Positions 49,201-61,200 of a stretch of 64,000 nt of DNA are shown piece by piece. The number at the start of each line of letters is the position of its first letter. The stretch's first letter is position 1. The position numbers and the translations under genes are program-made. The notes under the pieces were generated by a model. The model did not search any database. It worked only from the letters and a program-made list of their open reading frames with translations, and had not been told where the DNA came from. Source of the stretch: Planctomycetota bacterium (GTDB lineage: Bacteria; Planctomycetota; Brocadiia; JAADGH01); contig JBFMAD010000004.1 in the NCBI GenBank assembly GCA_040755855.1, forward strand, positions 128,001 through 192,000, in the 5' to 3' direction.

Positions 49201-52200
49201 CGGTGGTGTCGTCAGTGCCGTCACCGATATAGAGATAACCGGCCATGTCGCCGCCGATAGTGATGTTGCCGTTGACATGGCTGTCCGGGGTGCGCTGGGT
49301 CTGGAACCAGGCGCCCACCCGCATGTCGCCATCAATGACGATGTTGCCGTCCATGTGGTTGGGGAAGACCAAAACGCCACGGTGGTCGCCGCGAACACGG
49401 AGGTTGCTGTTGAATCCGCTGTTCCACCAAGCGTAGGACCAGAAGCCCGCTTGCTGCCGGATGTCGCCGCCGAAGTCGAAGTCGCTCGCGGCCGCGTAGT
49501 TCTGCGTCGCCCGCATGAAGATGACACCGGTCAGGTCCGCCCCGGAATCGGCGACGGGACCGGGGGTGGTAGTCACGTCGCCGACGAAGCCGTTGGCGGT
49601 GGCGGTATTGATGATAAACTGGCCGAACTCGCCTTCGACATAAATGGTGTCGCCGCCTTCGAAGATGTTCACTCGGAGGGATCGCAGGCCGCTGTCGAGT
49701 CCATTGGCCGCATTGTCCGACAAGGTGATTGACCCGGCCGCGCCGTTGTTGTCGAGATTTCCCTCGATCTGGATGGACTCAAGAATTACGCCAGAACCCA
49801 CGATTGACGCGATGTCTCTCGCGCCGTCCTCGAACCGAAGGGCCTGGACGCGCTCGCCGCTGCCGGAGTAGACATAGGAATAGGTGGTAGCGCCTGCGTT
49901 GCCCGGGTCGGCGGTTACATCAAGCGTGCCGCCGCCGAAGGCGAGGTTCAGGGTGGCGCCTGCGGCGATCGTGCCCCGGACGTAGGTCATGTCCTGACCG
50001 CCGGCGCGGATCACGCCGTTGTTTGCACCGTTGAGCCACAGGGCGCCGCCGCGGAAGGAGTCGAATGCCTCAATGCGGCCGGTGAAGTTGGACGCGGCAT
50101 CAAAGATCTCGGTGTCAACTACAAAGTAACCCAGGATTTGGCCGCTCACCGTGGTCCCCGCAATCGTGATGTCGCCGTGGTTCATGACGCCCTGGAACTC
50201 GCCGTTTGCATCATACACACCCCGGCCCAGAGAACGGATGACGCCTGTGAAATTGCCTTGAGTGGGGCCGGAGTCCTGGATGCTGACACTGAAATTGCTG
50301 CCAAACGTGGCGAGGGCGTCGTCGCCATAGCCATCGCCTGCAACGATGGCACCGGCCATTAGGCCGTTGATTGTGTAGGACCCTCTGAACGAGCCGAGGC
50401 CGATCTGGTCGCGGTTGAACGACCAGGTGGAGCGTCGGGTGCCGAAGCTCCGGATCTCACCCTGGTCGCTCATCCCGCCGTTGTAGACATACAAGTACGA
50501 GTTGTCCCCAAAGGGGAACGGATAGTCGTTGATGGCGCGGGAGATAATCTGCCCCTGCATGGCGTTGGGATTTCCGCCGCCGTAGATGGACAGGCGGTTG
50601 TCGTGGTATTGATCGGCAATCCATCGAGAGGTATGAGCCATGTAGGCGTCGCCATTGCCGGACGCCGCCGTGCCGATCCAGCTGCCAGAATACCAGTTGA
50701 AGTAACCGCGATCCGTCCCGACATTGGTGCGGCCCCAGACGTCGCCATACATGATGCCCGAGCTGTCTGTGCCGATCCGGAGGCCGCGATTATTGTCTTG
50801 CGTGCGGAAGTAGGCATTTTCGATGTCAATCAACGTCCCGTGCACCGTCGGCGAGCCGAAGTTGCCGTAGATATTGATGTCCCAACTATTTCCGCCGGTG
50901 TCCGCCAGCCGCACGTCCGTGCCGTTCATGTCCAGCACGCCGAGCCAATCGCCTTGGATGGCGATGTCGCCATAGTAGTACTGTGGGCTGCCGCCGATAG
51001 TGTAGTCAATCTCCGCCCCCTCGGCGAACGATCCCCGGATGTCGAGCAGGCCATTGATGCCGAAAGCGCCGCGGAAGTTAATGCTTCCCATGAGGTCGGC
51101 GCCGATATAGATGTCGCCGTCGAGCAGCGTGTTTGCTGTCGCCGCGTCGCCGATGTTCAACGCGCCCCAGAGATCGTTGTTGATGGTCATCGTGTTTGCC
51201 GCGCCGATCACGGCCGCGTTCGTCAGCCCCAGGTCGCCGAGGTTGTAGGTCGTAAAGTTGGTGTAGGCGGCGAAGTTGTATCCGGACGCCGACAGGCTGA
51301 GGCCGTTGGCCGCCGCGACGCCGCGATAGGTCGTCCCGGCGCTTGTTCGGATGGTCTCCCACTCGGCCAGCGTAAGCGCGCCGCCTGTGCGGATGAGCGT
51401 CGGCGACTCCAGGCTCCACGAGGCCACAAAGTCCGGATTGACCGTGCGCCCGTCGAGCATGAGTGCGAACGTATGGGTCAGGTTCAGATCGGCCGTGGCA
51501 AAGGTCCGGATGGCCGCGCCGCCTTCGCCGATGGAGAAGGAGCGCACCGCGTCCAGGTTGCCGTAGGTCGCCCAGATGCGTCCGCCCATCCTACCCGCCG
51601 CGCCGAGGCTGTTCACTCGGATGCCGCGGGTGTTTGTTCCGTCGTAATTGATTATGGTCCCGCCGGGGGTTCCAATGTATCCATCGGACCCGTTGTCGCG
51701 GTCGTAGACCAGGTTGCCGCCGATGTCAATGAAACCGTTCATAGTGCCGACGTTGATCCAGCCCCAGACATCATTGACAACGGTTAGCCGCTCGCCCGCG
51801 GCGATGCCCGCGACGTCGGTGATCGTCAGGTTACCGACGTTTAGGATTCTCGGGTTAGTCGCATCGAATACCCCGATCGTGGCGCTCGCCACGCTCGCCA
51901 GAGGCGTGAGCGCGCTGTGCGTGACGCCGTTATACGTCACGGCATTGAGGATGGTGTTGAGATCGGCAAGGGCAATTGACGCGGTGATGGTCAGCGACGG
52001 CGACTCGATCGCCCACCCGCCGCCGATGTTCCGCCCGTCGAGCGTCATGGAAGCCGTCACTGGCAACCCGCCGCCGGCGTAGTTGAGCGTTCGCGTGCCG
52101 CCTACCCCATCAACGCCCCAGGTGAAGTTCGTCGCAAGATCCAGGGTATTCATCGCAAAGGTAATCCGTCCGGGCAGCGCGCCGCCGCCGAGTCCCTGGA

Positions 52201-55200
52201 TACGGATGCCGACCGGGCCGGTGTAGTCGGCGATGGTCCCGCCGGCCTGGATGAAGGAGTAGTCCATCATCGTGTTCGTAATGTCAATGAGGCCGGTGAT
52301 GGCCCCGCCCACGGTGATGCCGCCCTTGAGGGCCCAGACCTGCGGATTGCCGTACTTGTCCTCGCCGTTGGCTACGTCCTTGCCGAGGTCGTAGGCGTAG
52401 ATCGAGCCGTTCATGGCGCCGCCCACGACGATCTGGCCGGAGATGTCCTCGCCGCTGTTCATCGTCGTGTCGCCGCCCGGCATGATGCGGGCGCCGGCCA
52501 TGATGTCGCCGTTGATCTCGATGCGGCCGCGAATCTCCTGCCCGGCGGCTGTGATGATATCGCCGGTAAGGTCGCCGCCGTTGATCGTGCGGATTGTGCC
52601 TTCGAGCATCTTGTCCACGATCCGGATCGTGCCGATGTTGCCGTCCACCTGAATCGTGTAATCGGGATGGTCGAAACGATAGAGCCGCAGATAGTTCAGG
52701 CTTCCACCGGCGATGTCAATGCCTCTGCCGGTGCTGACCTCCGAGCCGCTGTCCTTGATAATATCGGACACGGCCTTCACGCGGCCGTCAATGCGCATGG
52801 ACGTGAAGCTGAGACCGCTGGAGACCACGCTGTCCAAATGGTTGTCGGCGTAGAACATGCTGACGGTGCTGTTGTTAGGCGTGAGGAAGCCGTAGTTCAC
52901 ATCGTAGACGCCGTCCCAGAAGACGCGCAGCGTGCTTGCGCCGAGTGTGGTGGTGTCGGAGGGATTTGGATTCTCAGGCGTACCGTTGACGTTTCGCCCG
53001 CCGTGGAGGAGGTTGCCATAGTAGGTCTGGGCGACGCCGCCGATGGTGATGGTGGCGGTCGGGCTGACGCTGCCATGGATAATCATTCCGCCGCCCAGGA
53101 AACCCGCCGCCTGGAAGGCCATCGCGCCGTTCAGGTCGCCGCCGATCTCGAGGATGCCGGTGATTGCGCCTTCGAGCGACATGCTGCCCACGTCGTCCGA
53201 CGTGTAGAGCCGTTCGCCCTCGACGAGCTGGCCGCCGATCCAACTTCCGACGCTGCCGTCAATGGTGAATGTGCCGAAGACCTGACCCGTCGCCGTCACC
53301 TGGCCGGCGGTGGTGATGCCGTTGCCGACCACCGCCGTCACGGAGATGTCGAGATTCGACGCAGCGGTCGCCCCGGCATACGTGGTGGTGAAGATGTCCT
53401 GGCCCAGGCCGATCGAGACGAGCTCCAGAGTAACCTGGCCCGTAGAACCGGCGGCGTAAGTAACCGTCACCGAGTCGCCGTCGCTGTCGGTGAAGTTGTA
53501 ACTGCCGCCCGGATTGATTACCTGCACATTGTCCGCCCCGAAGAGCAAAAGCGGATTGTTGCTCGTCTGCGCGTCGGTATCGCGGATGTAGGTCAACTGA
53601 TTGGCCGTGGCGCTGTCCGTGGTAAGGCGCGCGAGCATATTCCGGGCGAAGGCCCGCATCGTGCCCGTGCTGCCCGGGTTCGTCGCAATCGTCACATTGC
53701 CGAACGTCCCGGCCCCGCCGGAACCGACGCGAATCAGGCCGTCCATCTCGCCGAGGAAGCGAAGCTCTGCGCCGGCGGCGGCGCTGCCCACGGCCTGGAT
53801 CCCACCGGTTGCCGTCACATTGCCGCCCACGGAGATGGAATACGCGCCGGCGGTCGTGATAGCGCCGGGGATGGCGATCTGGCCCGTCAGATTGCCGCCG
53901 ACGGTGATCTGGCCGGCCATGTTGCCCGCGCCGATGGTCATACTGCCCAGGTTGCCTGTGAGGTTGAGCGTGTCCGTTGCGCCGAATGTCGCGAGCGTCA
54001 GCGTGCCCTCGATACCGGGCGCGTTCGTGGTGGTGATCGTCTGGGCGGTGACATCGAACATCGTCACGCCGGTTGATGCAAGCGCATCCGCCGTCCCAGC
54101 GCCCAAATTGAGATTGGCGCGGCCAGCGTTGGTCAGGAAGCCGCCTTCCTGCCCCGCTGCGCCGCCGACTGTGAGGGCGAATGTCCCGCCGACGAGGTTG
54201 GTCGCCGCAACCGTCTTGTTCACGCCGCTTTCGCGGTAGCTGTAGCTCGGGTTTCCGGCGGGGAGCGTCACGCTGAATCCGCCGCCGCTGAGGCCCTGGA
54301 TGACCCCGCCGATATCAATTGTGTTGTTGTTGATGACGCCGCCGACGGTGATCCAGCCCGTCAGGTCGTCGCCCGTAATGAGCGAGCCGGCCAGGTCGCC
54401 CTCGAGCGACATGGCGCCCACGTCGCCGAATATGCCGCCGGGCAGCGTGGAGATCGTCTCGCCGGCCACCAGTTGGCCGCCGGTCCAACTCTCAATCCAC
54501 CCTTCGACGGTAAAGGAGCCGAATACCTGGCCTGCGGCGAACACGTCGCCGGCCGTCGTCGCGCCGTTGCCCACTTGGGTAACAATCGTGAAGGAGAGGT
54601 TCGACGTGGCGTCGGCGCCTGCGTAGGTCACCGTGTCCACATCGGCCCATCCCCCCGTAAGGAAGTTTAGCGTGACGGTGCTTCCAACGGGACCGGCGTA
54701 GTCCACGCGCACCTGATCGCCGTCGCTGTCGAAATAGGTAATCGAGTCGCCGGGGTTCAGCACGACAAGCGGAGGCGGTACGATGCCGAACAGCGTGTTC
54801 GGGTCGTTGTTTGTCACGGCGTCAATGTCCCGTGTGTAGGTCAAAAGCCCGGCCGTAAATGAGTCTGATGTGAGGGTGGCGGCGTCATTGTCGTTGCGGG
54901 CGCGGAGCGTGCCCGTGCTTCCGGGGTTCGGCGCCACTGTAACATTACCGAATCTGCCGGTGAAACCGGCTCCACCCGACCCTACGTAGACGCGACCATC
55001 AAACTCGCCCAGGAGGCGTATCTCGGCGCCGAGCTCGGCATTCTCGCGGATGTCAATGTACGAGCCGGCGGCGAGGCGGCCTCCGACGGAGATGGAGTAC
55101 GGCGCCATGCTGTTGATCTCGCCATTGATGTCAATCGCGCCGGCGGCGCGCGTGCCGGTGATGTCGCCAGTGACGGTGATCTGCCCCAGGCCGGTCAGAT

Positions 55201-58200
55201 CATCGTTAATAAAAATGTAGGCATTGTTCTGGATGCTGCCGATGGTGACAGTACCGGTCAGGTCGGCGGCTGAGTCATAGGTGTAAATGAGGGCATTGTC
55301 CTGCATGTTGCCGTCAATGGCAATGGTGCCCTTGATGCCTTCGTCTCCATAAATGCGCAGGGCGGCGTTTCCGATCATGCTTCCGCCGACGTGGAACGTC
55401 CCTTCCAGGTCGGCGTTTGTGTGAGCTACGTTGGTGCCGATATAGACGTTTCCGGCCATGTTGCCGCCGATGTCAATGCTGCCGCCCAACTGGCCGTTGG
55501 TGCGATTGGTCATAATCTGCGCTATCGCACCCATATTGCCGGTAATGTTGATGTCGCCGTTGATGTACTCGGGAAATACGAGAATTCCGTTCATGTTGCC
55601 GCCGATGTTGACCTGGCCCCCCGTCTCCAGGCGCGCCACGTTCCAACTGTTACCATAGAACCCCGCGTTCTCGCGGATGTCGCCTGCGAGGTTCATTACA
55701 AAGGTGGCCTCGAACGATGCGTTCCCATTGACGAACAGAACGCCTGTCATGTCCGGGTCGCCGGCCGTCGTCACGCTGCCGGCGGTGGTTGCTATTGTTC
55801 CGCTGAGGGTGGCGCTGCCCGGAATTACGAATTGCCCCAGAGCCCCTTCCACTTCGATTCGGCCCGTGGTGAAGTTGGCCAGACGGACGGAATGCAGGCC
55901 CGTATCGAGGTTATTGAGGGGATCATCATCCAGGTCAATGCGCGGATCGGCGCCGCCGTTGATTACGTTCTCCGACCAGAAGGAATTCAGGGTCACACCG
56001 GTGCCCAGCACGGTCTGGATGGCGTTGCCGCCCTCCACGCGCAGCATCTCGATCGTATTGCCCGTCCCGGAGTAGAGGTAAGAGTAGGGGACGTCGGTCG
56101 TGTTCCGGGTCATGGTCAGGATGCCGCCGCCCGTGGTGTTGAGCGTCAGAGTGGGGCTTCCCGACGTCAGCGTGCCGCTGTAATAGGCAAGATCCTGGCC
56201 GCTGCCGCGGATGGTTCCGGTATTTGCGCCCGCGATGCGCAGCGCGCCGCCGCGCCAGGAGGCATAGGCATCTATCTCGCCGGAGAACGCGCCGTCTACC
56301 TCGACGTCAACTACGTAGTAGCCGAGAACCTGGCCGCTCATATTGCCGGTGATGTCTATGTCGCCAAAATTCGGCACCCCCTGCCACTCGCCGCCGGACC
56401 ACGTGCCCTGGCCGAAGGAGCGAATGACGCCGGAAAAGTCGGTGACGCCATACAGGCGGAAGTCCCGCCCAAACGTGGCAAAGGCTTCGGCCGGGGGACC
56501 AGTCACCCCGGTGTATCCATCGCCCACGGCAAGGACGCCGGCCATCGGGCCTTGTACCTGAATCTGGCCGTTGAACATGCCATATGTGATGTTATCCCGG
56601 CTCCAGCCGCTCACGTTGAGGATGCGCACCTCGCCCTGATCGGACATGCCGCCGTTGTAGACCTGGGTGGCCACATACATATTCCCGCCGTTCAAGGCGA
56701 GGATCTGGCCTTGCATGGCCTCCGGATTGCCCCCGCCATAGATGTAGAGACTGGCATAGTTCGAAGAGTCGGAAATGAAGCGCGCCGTGTGGGCCATGTA
56801 GGCGTCGCCGTTGGCCGAGGAGGCGGTCCCGATGAAATTCCGGAAATAGTAGTTGATGGATCCGCCCGCGCCGAAGTTGCGATGGGTGTACAGGTCGCCG
56901 TACATGATGCCCGTGTTGTCGGTGCCGACGCTCAGGCCCCGGACCCAGGAGTTCGTCTGGAACACACCGGCCTCGATGTCAACCAGCGAGCCGGTCACCG
57001 TCGGCGCGCCGAAGTTCCCGCCGATGCGGATGTCCGCGCTGGCGTCCGTGGTGGCGCCGTAGTAGAAATGGGTGTTAATGCCGTTGATGTCCAGGACGCC
57101 CACCCAGTCCCCGGCGACCGTAACAGTCCCGAGGAAACTGCGTCCGTCTCCCGGCGAGTAGTCAATCTCGGCGCCCTCGGCGAAGTTGTTGCCGATGGTG
57201 ATCGTGCCCGCGATGCGATTGGGGCCGGTGAAGTACTGCCCGAAGCGGCCCATGAAGTTGATCGAGCCGGTCAGGTCGTGGCCGATGACGATATCGCCGG
57301 CCATGAGGTAGTTGCCCGTCTGGACGTTGCCGATGTTCAAAGCCCCCCAGAGGTCATTGTTGATCCTCATCCAGTCGCCCTCGGGCACGGGCGCGGTGTT
57401 GAGGAAGGTCACATTGCCGAGGTTGTAGGTCGTGAAGTCAGTGGCGCTGTTCCATGTGTCGAATGTCGCACCGGAGATGGAGAGACCGTCCAGGGCGCCC
57501 GCGCCGTCGTACATCGTCGCAAAGGTTCGGATCGTCTCCCAGTCATCCATACTGAGGGAACCGCCCGTCAGGATCATCGTGGGCGATTCCAAGGTCCACA
57601 AAGCGAAATCGGGGTTGATCGTGCGCCCATCGAGCATGAGGTCGAAAGTCTGGGTCATGCCCATATCTATTGACTGGAACGTGCGGATTGCAACGCCGCC
57701 CTCGCCGATGGAGAAGCTGCGCAGGGCGTCAAAGTCGCCGTAGGCCGTGCGAATTCGCCCGCCCACGGCGCCCACACCGGCGAGGCTGTTCACCCGGATG
57801 CCAACCGTGTTGGTTCCGTTGTAATTGGCGATTGTGCCAGTAGTTACAATATAGCCATCCGACCCGTTGTCCCGATCATAGACGAGGTTGTTGGCGATAT
57901 CAATGAACCCACCCATGTTGTTGGCGCCGAGGTTGATCGTGCCATGAACGACGTTGACCACGTTCAGGATGTCGCCCGCGCCGAGGGCCTCGGCTGCGAT
58001 GTTGAGGGCGCCGACGTTCAGGACTGTGAGCGTCCCCGCGCCCGCCGTCGTGAAGTCGTTCAGCAGCACGTTGTCAATACTCACGAATACGCCGGCCGCG
58101 CCGTCGTAGGTGATCCCGCCGATCACGGCGTTCAGGTCGGCCAGCGAGATGCCGTTGATGATGAGCGACGGCGATTCGTTCAGCCATCCGGCGGACGCCA

Positions 58201-61200
58201 GATTGCGACCGTCCAGCGTCAGGGCTCCCGTCGCCGCCACGCCCGCGCCGCCGTTGACCAGCGCAATGTTGTAGAGGAAATCGCGTGTGCCATTTGTTGC
58301 ATTGTCGCCGATGGTGAATGTGATGTTCCCCACGTTCAGCGCGCCTAAGTTGGTGGTGATCCGCCCACGAAGCGGATTCACATCGCTCAGCCCCTGTATG
58401 CGGACGCCGGTGAGCAGGTTGTTGCCGGCGTCGAACGTGGCGTTAGCGATCGTCCCCGTAGCCTCAATGAAGGAGTAGTCCGGCATCGTGTTGACGATGT
58501 CAATGCCGCCGGTGACATTGCCGCCGACGGTGATGCTGCCCTTGAGCGGCCAGTACTGAATAACGCCGTACTTGTCGTAGCCGTTGACCACGTCCTTGCC
58601 GAGGTCGTATGCGTAGATCATGCCGGTCATGTCGCCGCCCACGACGATCTGGCCTGTGATGTCCTCGCCCGCGCCCGGCGTTGTGTCGCCGCCCGGCATG
58701 ATCCGCCCGGACAGGTCGCCGCCGATCGTAATGCGGCCTCGAATCTCCTGCCCCGCCGCGGTCTTGATGTCGCCCGTCAGGTCGCCCGTGACCTGAATCG
58801 TGCCTTCGAGCATCTCCTCGACGATCAATACGCTCCCCAGATTGCCGCCCACACGGATTGAGTAATCGGGATGATCGAACTTCTGGAGGCGCAGGAAGCC
58901 GAGATCGCCGTTGGTGATGTCAATGCCGATCCCCGTGCTTACTTCCGCGCCGCTGTTGTAGGTGACACCCGGTACGGCCTTTACGCGGCCATCAACGCGA
59001 ATGGAGCCAAAGTCCACGTTCGCGCTCACCACGCTGTCAATGTGGTTGTCCGCGTACAACATCGTGACAATGGGCGCGCCGGCCGAGGGCGTCAGGTAGG
59101 AGTAACTCACGTCATAGACGCCGTCCCAGAAGACGCGGACATTCTGGCCGCCCACGATGAACGTATCAGACGGGTTCGGGTCAATCGTCCCGGCGCCGAG
59201 GTTCATGCCGCCGTGCAGGAAGCCGTCGAAGTAGTTCTGCGCTACGCCGCCGACGGTAATTGTCCCGGTCTGCGCCCCCTCAAGGACCAGTCCGCCGCCG
59301 GCGAAAGCTCCGGCGACGGTGAGAGTGCCGTCCAGGTCTCCCTCGAGGCTCATGACGCCGGTGATATCACCCAGGGCGCCGTCCTGATTCGTGGCGATGC
59401 TTTCGCCGGCCGCGAGGAACCCGCCTGTCCAGCCTTGGATCCAGCCCTCGATGACGAAGGTGCCGAATATCTGGCCGGTGGCGTTCACCATGCCCGACGT
59501 GGTCATCTGGTTGCTGCCCGGGCCGAAGGCTGTGACGTCGATTTCGACGCGGGAGTTGGCGTTAGCGTTGTCGTAGACGACTTCGGTGAGGTCCTCCCCA
59601 ATCCCTGCCGGGGCGGTATTGATGCCTATGGAGCTCCCTATATCGCCGAAGAAGCGGACTTGTACGGTGTCGCCGTCGCTGTCGGTGAAGGTGTAGACCT
59701 CGCCCGGGCCTATGTTGATTCGGAGGCCGCCGAACAGCGTGTTGAAATCATTGTTAGTTGTCCCGTCCGAGTCGCGGGTGTAGGTCAGCTGCGCCGCTGT
59801 TGCGGCGTCGGTGCTGAGAAAAGCGAGGTTATTGTCGGCATAGGCGCGCAATGTTCCCGTGCTGCCGGCGTTTGTTCTGACCACCACATCGCCGAACATG
59901 CCTGCGCCGCCTATACCCACGCGGGCGAGACCGTCGAACTCGCCGGAGAAGCGCATCCTTGCGCCCGCCGAGGCGTCGCCTGTGACCAGGATCGAAGCGC
60001 CCGCTGCAAACGATCCGTTGATCCCGATCGAATAGGCCCCGACGGTAGCGATGTCCCTGCCGACCGTGATCTGCGAATTAAAGTTGCCCGTCACGGAAAC
60101 GGAACCCGTCAGGTCTCTACCGACGGCAAGGGTTCCGTTCATGTCCCCGCCAACGTCCAGGCTCTCGAAGTCGGCGGTGGTGGCCACCGATCCGGCGGCG
60201 AGCAAGCCGCCCGCGCCGGTGGTGATTACGCCGGTCACATTGGCCGCTGTGATGTCGCCGCCGAGGCCGGCCGGCCCGGTGATCGTAAGGTTGTTGAGGT
60301 TCCCTGTCACGGCGAAGGTGTCGGGATTGTCGAATGCCGCGAGGGTAACCGTCCCCAGGACGTTCTGGTTGATAGTTGTCGCATCAATCGAGGGGGCGTT
60401 GATGTTCCAGAAGTCCACGTTGTTCGCGGTCAGGCCCGTGGCCGCCGCGTTCACCGTCAGATTTACCAATCCCTCGTCCCCCGTAGTCGGGCTAAGGCCG
60501 AGCGAGCCGTCAACCCGCAACACGCCGCCGGACCCCTGCACCAGCACGCTGTTGACCGGGTTGCCGCCCTCGTTCCAGGTGAAGGCCGTGCCGCTGAAGA
60601 TGTTCGTCTCGACGGAGCCGAAGATCGTGCCGCCGACGGTGAGCCGTCCCGCGCTGAGATACTGCCCCGCGCCCGAGGCGACGATGCTCCCCGCGGCTGT
60701 GATGCTGCCGCCGATGTTGATCGCGCCGGTGAAGTTCCCTGTGGAGGTAATTGCCCCCATCACGCTGGTGCCAACGGACAGCGTGCCTGCTACGTTATTC
60801 TCGAAGGACATCGCCCCCACCGTCGCCTGGCCTGTGCCCTCGGGGTCGCGCGTCTGGAGCGTTTCGCCGGCGGCGAGTTCGCCGCCCGTCCAAGAATTGA
60901 TCCAACCCTCAACGCTGAAGGAGCCGAAGACCATACCTCCCGCCGTCACGTCGCCGGCGGTCGTTACGCCGTTACCCGCATCGTCGGTGGTGATGGTGAG
61001 GTTCGATGTCGCATCCGCGTTGATATAAAGGATGCTCGAAATGTCCTGCCGCCCGAAGCCGTCCGGCACCGTCATGCCCAGCATCACCACGCTGTCGGCC
61101 GGGCCGCTGCTGTAGGTGACGGTGACCCCGTCGTTGGTGGTGTCCGTGAAGGTAAACACGTCGCCTGGCTCCAGCATTGCGCCCTGGTAGCCAAACAGGA

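Noticed and set aside
44550..57400. Diversity-generating retroelement acting on the giant protein
   Set aside because: No reverse transcriptase or non-coding template repeat in the window, and differences between copies are not adenine-specific.
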